A stretch of DNA of 64,000 nt from Mustelus asterias (Eukaryota), in NCBI RefSeq assembly GCF_964213995.1, contig NW_027590192.1, forward strand, positions 434,001 to 498,000, in the 5' to 3' direction. The notes under the pieces are model-generated. The model did not search any database. It was not told the origin of the DNA and saw only the letters and a program-made list of their open reading frames with translations. Made by a program: the position numbers and the translations under genes. Each line of letters opens with the position of its first letter. Positions within the stretch are counted from its first letter, which is position 1. Positions 14,031 to 25,342 of this stretch are shown here, in pieces.

Positions 14031-14265
14031 ACTAAATATCTCTAAACTTCCTAACACCCTGTCACTCTGTGATCCTTGTGACATTTGAAACCAGGTATTC
14101 ACAAAAAGGTTCAAAGAGCATCAGCCCACTGGAGGCTGAGATCAGCCAGTCCAGCAGAAAGAAACCCTCTGACCCTCCCCACCGACCAACTGTGAGAATG
14201 AACAAAATGCAGTCCTGGATGCAACTGAGAGCAGGAACAATAACAGCAGAATCCAACCCCTGTCA

Positions 14266-14856
14266 TCACTCGTGAACTCGCTGGTGTCTCAGCAGCCGGG
14301 ATGAAACGCTGAAACCCTTCTCACACTGAGAGCAGGTGAATGGTCTCTCCCCAGTGTGAACTGGCTGATGTGTCCGCAGGGTGGATGACCGAGTGAAGCC
14401 CTTCCCACACTGAGAGCAGGTGAATGGTTTCTCCCCAGTGTGAATTCGCTGGTGTGTCCGCAGGTCGGGTAACCGAGTGAATCCCTTCCCACACTGAGAG
14501 CAGGTGAACGGACTCTCCCCAGTGTGAACTTGCTGGTGTGTCTGCAGGCTGGATAACTGAGTGAATCCCTTCCCACACTGAGAGCAGGTGAATGGCCTCT
14601 CCCCAGTGTGAACTCGCTGGTGTGTCTGCAGGTGGGATGACTGAATGAATCCCTTCCCACATTGAGAGCAGGTGAATGGTCTCTCCCCAGTGTGAACTCG
14701 TTGGTGTGTCCGTAAGCTGGAGAACTGATTAAATCCCTTCTCACACTGAGAGCAGATGAACAGCCTCTCCCCAGTGTGGCTGCGCCGATGAGCTTCCAGC
14801 AGACATGGGGCTCTGTATCCCTTCCCACAGTCCCCACATTTCCATGGTTTCTCCAT
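14266..14856 (-). CDS. C2H2 zinc-finger protein, 7 fingers, no effector domain (ZNF-1)
   Basis: 196 aa; MEKPWKC start; CxxC..HxxxH repeats with TGERPF linkers; upstream acceptor-like ttttcag|gatatt near 15207. Confidence 0.9.
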   Translation of the reverse strand: MEKPWKCGDCGKGYRAPCLLEAHRRSHTGERLFICSQCEKGFNQFSSLRTHQRVHTGERPFTCSQCGKGFIQSSHLQTHQRVHTGERPFTCSQCGKGFTQLSSLQTHQQVHTGESPFTCSQCGKGFTRLPDLRTHQRIHTGEKPFTCSQCGKGFTRSSTLRTHQPVHTGERPFTCSQCEKGFSVSSRLLRHQRVHE

Positions 14857-15529
14857 GGTGCAGGTTTCCTTGCCTCACTCTTGGGTGGACAATCAGTTGA
14901 AACTTCGTCCACACACAGGACAAGATTACAGTCTCTACCCGCTGTGAATGGTGTGATATTTATTCAGACTGTGTAACTGGTTAAAGCTCTTTAGTCAGTG
15001 CATTGGAACACTCTCACTCAAGTGTGGCAGTGTGTTGATGCTTTTTCACTCACACTGACATTTCAAATCTTTTCAAATCGACAGACTGGACAATCATTTC
15101 TCCTTCTGGATTCAAAGTCCGATGATATTGAGGTCCCAAGGAACACGATTCTGTCACGCCTAGACGTGACGTTTGAGATTTCAGTCTGTGATTCCTCTTT
15201 CAATATCCTGAAAATGAGTTTCCAAAAGTCATCAGTGTCAGTACAGGATAGAAATTCAGAACAATTTCTATGGAACATTCTTTCCTCTCTCATTCCCCAA
15301 AAGCTGTAAATCTCCATCCCACACACTCTCTCCCCATTCTCAGCAGGTCTGGCAGCACCTGGATGGAGAGAAAAGAACTGATGTTTCAGAGCTTTGACAA
15401 AGGGTCATTTAGACAAGAAACATCAGCTCTTTTCTCTCCTTACAGATGCTGCCAGACCTGCTGAGATTTTCCAGCATTTTCTCCCTTGGCTTCAGACGCC
15501 AGCATCCGCAGTAATTTGCTTTTATAAGG

Positions 15530-16240
15530 CTGCAGATACCTCCTCCCAAGTAACGAGCGTGTGCCCAAGACATCACCACTTGTTTCCCTTATTTCTTTAG
15601 CCCCCATGGTGCTCTCTGCAGTAAACACAGAGGAGAAGTATTCATTAAAAATCTCACCCATCTCCTGTAGCTCCACACACAGATGGCCATACTGATTTTT
15701 AAGGGGATCTATTCTCTCTCTAGCCACCGTCTTACTCTTAATATAGCTATAGAACCTCTTGGAATTTTCTTTAATCTTACCTGCCAGATCCATATCAGAC
15801 CCTCTTTTTGTCCTCCTGATTTCCCTCTTCAGTATTTTCTTACACTTTTTATAGTCAGAGTGATTCACTTGTCCCCGATTGCCTAAACCCAATGTATGCT
15901 TCCTTCTTTTACCTGACCAGAGCCTCAATGTCCCTTGTCTGCCAGAGATCCTTAAATTTACCATTCTTTCCCTGCATCTTAACAGGAATATACTGCCCCT
16001 GGACTCTTGATATCACACTTTTAAAACCTCCCATTTGCCAGTCATTCCTTTCCCTTCAAACAAACTCACCTAATCGATATCTGCTCGATCCTGCCTAATG
16101 CCCACAAAAGTGGCCCTGCTCCTGTTTAGGGCCTTGACCTGTGGACCTGTCCTATCTTTTTCCTGAACTATTTTGAAACTATTGGTGCTCCCAATAGTGC
16201 TCCCTGACTGACACTTCAGTCACTTGCTCCACCTCATTTC
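15530..16240 (-). mobile_element. CR1 ORF2 fragment (region upstream of RT)
   Basis: ORF 15440-15964 KRFYSYIKSK...FNEYFSSVFT. Confidence 0.85.
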
Positions 16241-16249
16241 TTAACTGTC

Positions 16250-16730
16250 TAATAGAAAGTGAGTCCAGGAATTGATAATGAAAAATAAGGAGCTGGGAGA
16301 TGAATTGAACAAGTATTTTGCTTCGGTGTTTACAATAGAGGATACAGTTAAAACTCAGAGACAGCTGGAAATCAGAAAACAGAAGTGTGGGATGAACTCT
16401 GAAAAAGCACAATTCCCAGGGAAGTGGTGCTCAGCAAACTGTTGGAGCTGTGGGCTGATGAGTCCTCGGGTCCTGCTGGGCTTCATTCTCGGGTCTTAAC
16501 AGAGTGAGATAGTTGATGTGTTGTTCAATTTTCTAAAATTCCCCATCGGGAATTGGATAAAGGGAAACCGGTGGATGTGCTGTACTCAGATTTCCAGAAG
16601 ACATTTGATGAGGTGCCACATGAAAGGTTATTGCAGCAAATAAAAGTTCATGCTGTGGGGATAACATATTGGCGTGGATAGAAGATTGGCTAACAGCAAA
16701 CAGTGGGCAGAAATGGATCATTTTCTGGTT
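16250..16730 (+). mobile_element. Decayed CR1 fragment
   Basis: ELNKYFASVFT; gatttccagaagacatttgatgaggtgcc (DFQK.FD.V). Confidence 0.75.
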
Positions 16731-16888
16731 CGAGAGAGCGAGAAACCTGGACCAACCTTTCCAGAGTCTGCACCCTCCCTGGATTCACTTCCTTTCTCTT
16801 CAGTTGCTGCAAGTCCCCAATTTCCCCCAGAATGAGAAAAGAAATGGAAAGGGGGTTGAAGAGAAAGTGTTTTACTCACAGATGTTTG

Positions 16889-17207
16889 GGTCTTCCGAGA
16901 TTGCATCTACCTGGGCCACACCTTTCAAGGCACAGGAATCCCAGCGAGAGCAGCATTCAACAAGCCCCAGCCGAAACAAAAAGTTCTTGCACAAGTCACG
17001 AACCCAAGCACTTGAAACAGAAACTTCACGCCGACCAAGGCGTTCCTCCCAGCGGCCACATTTCCAAAAGCTCACCGCAAGGCGCGCATTAAGCCCGCCT
17101 TGAACTCCTTATCCTCTGCCCGCCCCCTGCCTGGAGCACACTATACTGGCCAACACGCAAAGCGAACGGCCAATATGGTGGACTGGCTGGACAATCCAAT
17201 CTTTCCC
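16889..17207. other. 319-bp insertion flanked by a 15-bp direct repeat
   Basis: actcacagatgtttg at 16874-16888 and 17208-17222; insert absent from paralogous sites near 48000 and 59990. Confidence 0.75.
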
Positions 17208-17215
17208 ACTCACAG

Positions 17216-17720
17216 ATGTTTGAGACAGGAGGAAGTTTGAGTCTGTCTGAAGATCAATCTTCATTCACACAAAGCCCACGCTCTGATTGGCTGGAAGACC
17301 AGAGTCCTTCCGGTCCTCCAACTCTTCCCATTGGTCAACACCTCAACATGAAGATCAGAGGGTGGGTTCTCCCCCGCACATGCGCAGCTTCCCCTCTCCC
17401 TCGCACATGTGTAGTCCTGGGCCGGGGGGAGGGGGAGCTCACTGAGCGGCTTCTCGCTCTTGCCGGAGCCGTCAGCCGGTTGCCTGGAAACCTTGGTTCA
17501 AGGAGGTGTAGGGGGAGGGGAACAATGGGTGGGGGCGGGGCTCGTGGGTCCGCGCGCCCGGACCTGCGCACTGGAACCCAGAGACGTCAACGCGGAGCAG
17601 AGTGATTCCTAATGGCTGATTCAGGCAGGGCTCTATTGTGACGTCACAATGCGGAAGTTGTCCAATGAGCTTCCGAGTGAAACTCCCTCCTCTGTTCAAC
17701 ATCTGGGAGGAAATCAATGT
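17216..17720. promoter_or_regulatory. CpG-island promoter / first exon of ZNF-1, paralogous to 59990-60545
   Basis: CCAAT boxes, gcacatgcgca NRF1-like motif, GC box, palindromic CRE attgtgacgtcacaat 17635-17650; minus-strand donor-like ct|gtgagt. Confidence 0.65.
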
Positions 17721-17922
17721 TTCCCCCTTTCCATTTCTTTCCTCATTCTGGGGGAAGTTGGGGACTTGCAGCAACTGAAGGAAATGAAGTGAATTCGGTC
17801 TGTATATTCCACACATTTTTACTCCAGTAATGTAGACATTTATCTGTCTGGCAGCCTGCATGGAAATTTTCAGCTCTCTGCATCCAGGGCAAGAAGCAGT
17901 GAGCATGGATCTGTCAATCACA

Positions 17923-18300
17923 CATGAGGATGGCCTCAACCGGGATCTTGGGTTCATGTCACACTATCTGTAACCCCCACGACTTGCCTGGGCTTGCAAA
18001 ATCTCACTAACTGTCCTGGCTGGACACAATACACATCTCTTTAACCTGTGCTTAACCCTCTCTCCACTCTCATTGTCTGTGCCTTTAAGACTTGATTACG
18101 TTTAAAGACTCGTATTCCAACCATTATCTTGTAAATTGAGTTTGTGTCTTTATATGCCCTGTTTGTGAACAGAACTCCCACTCACCTGATGAAGGGGCAG
18201 CGCTCTGAAAGCTTGTGGCTTGTGCTACCAAATAAACCTGTTGGATTTAAACCTGGTGTTGTGAGATTACTTACTGTGCTTACCCCAGTCCAACGCCGGC
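17923..18300 (+). mobile_element. Penelope-like element 3' fragment with hammerhead ribozyme core
   Basis: HEDGLNRDLGFMSHYL* end of GIY-YIG ORF; ctgatga-aggggcagcgctct-gaaa at 18186-18210. Confidence 0.8.
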
Positions 18301-18457
18301 ACATCTTTGGACTGTGGAAGGAAAACCGGAACATCCGGAAGAAACCCACACAGACACGGGGAGAATGTAGAAACTCTGCACAGACAGTGACCCGAGGCTG
18401 GAATTGAACCCGGGTCCCTGGCGCTGTTAGGCAGCTGCACTAACCACTGTGCCACCG
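18298..18457 (-). mobile_element. HE1-like SINE, 5' part
   Basis: ggtggcacagtggttagtgc head and ggttcaattcc B box on minus strand. Confidence 0.85.
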
Positions 18458-18510
18458 GGACACATGTCAGTGCCATCGCCCGACTCCAGCCCAGTCTCAG
18501 CTCATCTGGA

Positions 18511-18621
18511 ACCCTCACCCATTCCATTGTGACCTCACACCCTCACCCATTCCATTGTGACGTCACACCCTCACCCATTCCATTGTGACGTCACACCCTC
18601 ACCCATTCCATTGTGACGTCA
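18511..18621 (+). repeat. 28-bp minisatellite x4 carrying CRE palindromes
   Basis: accctcacccattccattgtgacgtcac unit; TGACGTCA at 18558, 18586, 18614. Confidence 0.9.
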
Positions 18622-19340
18622 GGGCTTCACTCTCCGATCACAATCCCTGCCGGCCTCCCACATGCAGCCTCAATGGCGGCAGTCAGCCCGGGTCTAACAC
18701 TACAAGCTGCCGCTCCATTTGGTACAAAGGGGGGGACCGGGAAGTTCATTTCCGGGGATTGGGTTTGAACAACATGTTTACAAAGCCTCTCCACCCACCC
18801 GCCACATTTATCATTCCCCGCGCGCCCCATCTACCTCGTATTGCTCTCGCTTCCAAACTAAAACCGGCCGTCCGTCGCCATTACCCGCACTGATGTGGAG
18901 ATGCCGGCTTTGGACTGGGGTAAACACAGCAACAAGTCAAACAACACCAGGTGAAAGTCCAACAGGTTTATCTGGTTCACCCGCACTGCGCATGCTTCAG
19001 GTCCCGCCTCTCATTCACTCTGATTGGTTGGAGGACCAGCCGCTCCCGCTCGGTCCTCCAGTACCGCCCCCTCTTCCTATTGGTCCGGCGCTGCCGTCAA
19101 TCGTTGCCCGGGCATTGTGATGTGGAGCATGCGCAGTGTCATTGCTGTCCTTGGCGCTTGTTTGTCCCGGAGAAGCGGAGTCAGCGTTAGGCGGTGGCTG
19201 GGAGGATTTGGAAACACTTTGTGGATCCGCAAACCCTTCAGAATCATTGTCAGCTCCCTGGTTTGCAGCTGCGGGGCTTCTCCCTCCCTCCCTCCCGGGA
19301 ACAGGCCCAGGTTAACGGCCCCATCCTGGCTCAGCCACTG
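18620..19340 (+). promoter_or_regulatory. CpG-island promoter / 5' region of ZNF-2
   Basis: CpG-rich; ctgcgcatgc and gcatgcgca NRF1-like motifs; CCAAT boxes; 19127-19337 nearly identical to 48512-48724. Confidence 0.65.
18891..18976 (-). mobile_element. Penelope-like terminal fragment
   Basis: Reverse complement of the terminus seen at 1425-1511. Confidence 0.7.
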
Positions 19341-19557
19341 GAGGATGGTTCACATCAGAGGATGGGGGAGGGGGACAATAAATAAGAGGTTACACTTTGG
19401 CCTCAAATCAATGAGGACTCTGATCTCTGGGAAGGAAGGAAACCCTGGGAGGTGGGCGGGGAGGATTCACAAACACCCGCTTGAGGCCCCAACACCCCCA
19501 ATAAGACCCATTGGTTTTATTGTCAGTCTGCAGACAGGAGCTGGAGAACTGAACCCA

Positions 19558-19724
19558 ATAAGAGTTTTAACAATACCAGGTTAAAGTCCAACAGGTTTAT
19601 TTGGTAGCAAACACCATTAGCTACCATTAGGTGTTTGCTACCAAATAAACCTGTTGGACTTTAACCTGGTGTTGTTAAAACTCTTACTGTGTTCACCCCA
19701 GTCCAACGCCGGCATCTCCACATC
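19558..19724. mobile_element. Foldback Penelope-like terminal insertion with 13-bp target-site duplication
   Basis: ~57-bp inverted arms 19559-19615 / 19630-19686; agaactgaaccca at 19545-19557 and 19725-19737. Confidence 0.85.
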
Positions 19725-20281
19725 AGAACTGAACCCAGACAGAGGAGAGGGAGGGAGAAAACTGGGAGTGGAGAAAAGAAATGGTGAGATGGGTTTGGAT
19801 TTCAGCCCAGGGAGGAGGGAGAGTTTGTGGGACAGGAATTTATTGATTTGGGGCAACAAGAGAGGAAGAAATGTTCCAGAGAATTAGAATTGCCTGTTCA
19901 AAATTTCTATCCTGGACTGACAGTGATTAATTTTGTAAACTCCTTTTACAGGTGAGGTGAAGAAACATCACATCAAAATCAGACAGAGTCTCGATTCACT
20001 CGGGCTTAAATATCCTCAGACTTTGAATGTGGAAGGAGAAATGTTTGTCTTCTGTCTGGAGGAGAAGATTTCAAACATCAGTGCGACTGAAAAAGCACCA
20101 AGATACCCACACACCCGAGTGAGAGTGTTTCAGTGAGTTGACTGTGGAAAGAGCTTTATCCAGTTACGCAGCCTTAAAAAACATCACAGCATTCACAGCG
20201 AGGAGAAACTGTACACGTATTGTGTGTGGATGAGGCTTCAACTGATCGTTTAACCTGGAGAAACATAAGGACACCAGCACC

Positions 20282-21205
20282 ATGGAGAAACCGTGGAAAT
20301 GTGGGGACTGTGGGAAAGGATTCAGTTACCCTTCCCTGCTGGAAAACCATCGGCGCAGTCACACTGGTGAGAGACCGTTCACCTGTTCTGTCTGTGGGGA
20401 GGGATTCATTCAGTCATCTGGCCTTTGGTCTCACCAGAGAATTCACACTGAGGAAAAGCCATTCACCTGCACCTCCTGTGGGAAGAGGTTCAGGCATTCT
20501 TCAGCACTCACTGTGCACCAACGCACTCACACCGGGGAGAGACCATTCATCTGCTCCGTGTGTGGGAAGGGATTCACTCAGTCATTCCACCTGCTATCAC
20601 ACCAGCGAGTTCATACTGGGGAGAGGCCGTTCACCTGCTCCGACTGTGGGAAGGGATTCACTGGGTCATCTCACTTACTGTCACACCAGCGAGTTCACAT
20701 TGAGGACAAACCATTCAGCTGCCCTGACTGTGGACGGAGTTTCAGACAGGCATCCTCCCTCATTACACACCAGCGAATTCACACTGGGGAGAGACCGTTT
20801 ACTTGCTTTGTGTGTGGAAAGGGATTCACAGTTTTACCCACCCTGCTGAGACACCAGAAAATTCACACTGAAGAGAAGCCATTCAGCTGCACTGACTGTG
20901 GAAAGAATTTCAGGCAGTCATCCAACCTCACTGCTCACCGACGCACTCACACTGCAGAAAGACCATTCACATGCTCCGTGTGTGGGAAGGGATTCAATCG
21001 GTCATCCAACCTCTCTGCTCACCAGCGAGTTCACACAGGGGAGAGGCCATTCACTTGCTCCGTGTGTGGGAAGGGATTCGCAAAGTCTTTCAACCTGCTG
21101 GCTCACCAACGCACTCACACTAAGAGGCCATTCAACTGCTCTGTGTGTGGGAAGGGATTCACTCAGTCACAATGGCTCCTGAGACATCAACAAGTTCACC
21201 AGTGA
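20282..21205 (+). CDS. C2H2 zinc-finger protein, 11 fingers (ZNF-2)
   Basis: 307-aa ORF, MEKPWKC start, tandem fingers; acceptor-like ccttttacag near 19951. Confidence 0.9.
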   Translation: MEKPWKCGDCGKGFSYPSLLENHRRSHTGERPFTCSVCGEGFIQSSGLWSHQRIHTEEKPFTCTSCGKRFRHSSALTVHQRTHTGERPFICSVCGKGFTQSFHLLSHQRVHTGERPFTCSDCGKGFTGSSHLLSHQRVHIEDKPFSCPDCGRSFRQASSLITHQRIHTGERPFTCFVCGKGFTVLPTLLRHQKIHTEEKPFSCTDCGKNFRQSSNLTAHRRTHTAERPFTCSVCGKGFNRSSNLSAHQRVHTGERPFTCSVCGKGFAKSFNLLAHQRTHTKRPFNCSVCGKGFTQSQWLLRHQQVHQ

Positions 21206-22461
21206 CTGCAGGGGTTGGATTTTGCTGTTTTTGCTGCTGTTCAGTATTGACAGTCTGACAATATTTTATTTCTGTTGATGTTAACAAATCCTATAACTAG
21301 CTGGAATTTAATATTCTGGAAGTGTCACTGATTTTCAGGGCTGCAATGTCACTTTTTAAAAGCACCACAGTGATCTTCCCCCTTAATTGAAGAACTGTCA
21401 ACAGGAACCTGTTTAGAATAAAATTAAGAACTTTTGCTTCAATTCTAATTTGATCTTTGGGCAAAATCTACAATTCATTCTCTGAAAGATCCATCTGCAG
21501 GGCACAAAGTATTTATTTTCAATGCTTGTATTGAGATTTTCTGGAAAGCTACTCTTTGATTTTTAAGGGCTATTTTTTGGTTTCCAGGGCATCGTTTTCC
21601 ATTCTCAGTAACTCCTTTATTAGTGATGTAGTCACGTAGTAACATTACCTTTTGTGTTTCTGTTAGTTTACTTCTTTGAATAAGATAGCACAAATACTGA
21701 AGACTGTGTATATATTAAATCTTTTAAATTGGAATCTATGAATGATATGTTTTGTTAACTTATTTTAAAAATACTCCCATACTCTCTTTCCAAAATGAGA
21801 ATTCTAACTATTTGACACAAGGTAACTGAATCAGATGTTTACTGGTTCAGACGGTGGAGCAGGAAAAATCTCTCCCGATTCTGATCTTCATTGTGTGTGG
21901 ATTTACATTGATAACCCATCAATAACCTCACTACACCAGCTGAGATCAGCTCTGACCGGGGATTCTGTATGTTTTCTGTGAACGTTCAACTGCAAATAAA
22001 AGCAGTTTAGAATATGGACCTGGATGAATGGATCTCAATTTCTAATGTGACGACCCAAGTGATTGGTAAGTATGTTCACAATATCTGGTTACTCAAATTC
22101 CTGAGCTGTAAACCCCACCTCCTGAGATATATAAAAATAATCGAGACTTGTTCAGCAGAATGGGGAAAGCTCTGCCGATGGTTGGATCATTCCTTTTGAG
22201 GCTCACACTGCTATGAAACTAGTTCTGTAGCAGGAAGACACAACTCCTCCACACATCACTGATAGGCTGCTGAGTCTTTTCTCAAAATAGGTGGCAAAGC
22301 TGTTCCTCCAGTTTGAGACTCTGTCTCTGCAGATGTAGCAACATCGGGAGAGACAGAATCTGTGATTGGAGGAGATGGTCCTCACAGTTTCTGCCTCTCC
22401 CATGTACAGGATGATTTATTTCTTCCAGTAGTTCCTCACAAGACTTAATTTCTGCAGGCCT

Positions 22462-23062
22462 TTTGGCAAGTCATGTTGCAGCTTTATAGAACCTCAGTTA
22501 GGTCGCACTTGGAATATAGTGTTCAATTCTTGTTGCCACACTACCAGAAAGATGTGGAGGCTTTGGAGAGGGTGGAGAGGGTACAGAAAAGATCTACCAG
22601 GATGTTGCCTGGCATGGAGGGCATTAGTTATGAGGAGAGGTTGGAGAAACTTGGCTTGTTCTCACTGGAACGACGCAGGTTGAGGGCGATCTGACAGAAG
22701 TCTACAAGATTGTGAGGGGCTTGGGCAGAGTGGATAGTCAGAAGCTTTTTCCCAGGGTAGAAGAGTCAATTACTAGGGGGCATAGGTTTAAGGTGCGAGG
22801 GGCAAGGTTTAAAGGAGATGTACGAGGCAGATTTTTTACCCAGAGGGTGGTGGGTGCCTGGAACTCGCTGCCGGGGGAGGTAGTGGAAGCAGATACAATA
22901 GTGACTTTTAAGGGGCGTCTTGACAAATACATGAATAGGATGGGAATGGAGGGATATGGTCCCCAGAAGGGTAGGGGGTTTCAGTTCAGTCGGGCAGTGT
23001 AGTTGGTGCAGGCTTGGAGGGCTAAAGGGGGTGTTCCTGTGCTGTAAGTTTCTTTGTTTTCT
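22462..23062 (+). mobile_element. CR1 3' fragment
   Basis: ORFs 22473-22694 and 22712-23002 (FFTQRVVGAWNSLP); CR1 tail. Confidence 0.9.
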
Positions 23063-24489
23063 TTTGAGGGTGAATTCACCATCCACAGCCATGTATTTTG
23101 AATCCTGGTTCTGAAATATTCTCTCTGGGTTTAAGGCTTCCTAGCGTCAGACACACATTTAGATCTTACCACCAAACACCAATTCATATCCTCATCCGTG
23201 TCCCAGATTTAAATGTGGTTGTCCAAACTAGAAAACATATATAATTTGACTCTTTTTAAACCTGATTCACCACACCCTGCCACACTAACTACAAGAGATT
23301 GTGTTTGGGACCAGTTGTTCCGTTAAAGTCTGGGTTGTTCTCAATGGTGACAGTTTTAACCTCCATAACCTGTCCTAACCCTTCTGCCCTCCAGGGGGCT
23401 CTGTTTTTCTGATGGTGACATTCCCTGTTGACCCAGTCAGCCCTTGAATTGTTTGTGAATCCAGTCACATGTCGGTTAGACTGGATCAGGGCGGCAGATT
23501 TCCTTCCTTGAAGGGAATTAGAGAACCAGATGTGTTTTTACAACAATTAATTCATGCTCATCAATATTTTTATTGAAACGTGGTGGGATTCAAACCCAGG
23601 TCCCAAAATCATTATAATAAATAGAGAAAATGCTGGATAAACTCAGCAGGTTGGTTCTTTTCAGAACTCCAGCATCTGCTGGATTTTGCTTTACCTCCAA
23701 ATCATTCTCCTGGATTACTCCTGCTCTGGCTCTAATTCCAGTCAGCTCAGACAACAAAAACAGGTTTCACAAAATCACAAACATTTAAAAAAGGAGGTAG
23801 ACAAAAGGCAGGTAACTATAGGCTGGTTAGCTTAACTTCTGTAGGAGGGAAAATGCTTGGATCTATCATCAGGGAAAAAATAGCGAGACATCTGGATATA
23901 AATTGTCCCATTGGTAAGACGCAGCATGGGTTCATGAAGGGCAGGTCATGTTTGACTAATTTGGTGGAATTATTTGAGAACATTACATGTGCAGTGGACA
24001 ATGGGGAACCTGTGGATGTGGTGTATCTGGATTTCCAGAAGGCATTTGACAAGGTGCCGCACCAAAGACTGCTGCATAAGATAAAGGTGCACAGTGTTAC
24101 GGGTAATGTATTAGCATGGATAGAGAATTGGTTAACTAACAGAAAGCAAAGAGTGGGGGTAAATGGGTGTTTTTCTGGTTGGCGATCAGTGACTAGTGGT
24201 GTGCCTCAGGGATCAGTGTTGGGACCGCAATTGTTTACGATTTACATCGATGATTTGGAGTTGGGGACCAAGTGTAGTGTGTCAAAATTCGCAGATGACA
24301 CTAAGAGCAAAGTGTGCAGAGGACGCTGAAAGTCTGCAAAGGGATATAGATAATCTAAGTGAGTGAGCGAGGGTCTGGCAGATGGAGTACAATGTTGGTA
24401 AATGTGAGGTCATCCATTTTGGTAGGAATAACAGCAAAATTGACTATTATTTAAATGGGAAAAAATTGCAGTGTGCTACTGTGCAGAGG

Positions 24490-24626
24490 CCAAGCTGATT
24501 GGAGGAGGGAAAGCAATTCCTCCTCCAAGACTTGATCTCATTTGCATCTTAGCCAAAAGGCCGAGATACTGCTTTTAAAAATTGCTTCATATGAAACATA
24601 TGAAGCTTCAATGTAACCTAATGACC
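24490..24626 (-). mobile_element. Internal fragment of the U2-snRNA-related element
   Basis: Reverse complement contains tctcggccttttggctaagat (U2 5' stem-loop I) and aligns with 49377-49513. Confidence 0.8.
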
Positions 24627-24633
24627 TCAAACA

Positions 24634-25342
24634 AACCTCTGCAAGACGTGCCGGATCATTGACACGGATGCCATCATCTCACGTGAGAACACCATCTACC
24701 AGGTACACGGTACCTACTCTTGCAACTCGGCCAACGTTGTCTACCTGATACGCTGCAGGAAAGGATGTCCCGAGGCATGGTACATTGGGGAAACCATGCA
24801 GACACTACGACAACGGATGAATGAACACCGCTCGACAATCACCAGGCAAGACTGTTCTCTTCCTGTGGGGGAGCACTTCAGCAGTCACGGGCATTCAGCC
24901 TTGGATCTTCAGGTAAGCGTTCTCCAAGGCGGCCTTCACGACACACGACAGCGCAGTCGCTGAGCAGAAACTGATAGCCAAGTTCCGCACACATGAGGAC
25001 GGCCGAAACCGGGATGTTGGATTTATGTCACATCATCAGTAACCCCCACAGCTTGCCTCCTGGACTTGTAGAATCTCACTAGCTGTTCTGTCTGGAGACA
25101 ATACACATCTCTTTAACCCGTGTTTACTGTTCCCTCCACCCACATTGTCTGTACCTTTAAGACCTGGCTGGTTGGAGGATTCGCATTCTAATCAGTATTC
25201 TGCAACTTGATTCTGTCTGTTTGCACTGTTTGAGAGCACATTTCCACTCCATCTGACAAAGGAGCAGTGCTCCGAAAGCTTATGGTATTTGCTACCAAAT
25301 AAACCTGTTGGACTTTAACCTGGTGTTGTGAGACTTCTTACG
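24634..25342 (+). mobile_element. Penelope-like element 3' part: GIY-YIG endonuclease plus terminal region
   Basis: Manual translation NLCKTCRII...NVVYLIRCRKGCPEAWYIGETMQTLRQRMNEHRSTI...VGEHF; degenerate hammerhead core 25253-25277. Confidence 0.9.

Noticed and set aside
14266-14856. 84-bp periodic repeats superficially like a CRISPR array
   Set aside because: They are C2H2 finger codons in vertebrate DNA; no cas genes.
14289-14912. Long alternative-frame ORFs over the ZNF genes (also 20220-20849, 45391-46107, 28645-29106)
   Set aside because: Expected shadow frames of 84-bp finger repeats (HTSEFTLGR..., WEGIHSV...); no independent evidence of coding.
21900-22460. Possible coding relic (ORF 22203-22403, YICRDRVSNWRNSFATYFEKRL)
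   Set aside because: Cannot be assigned without BLASTX; short and interrupted.
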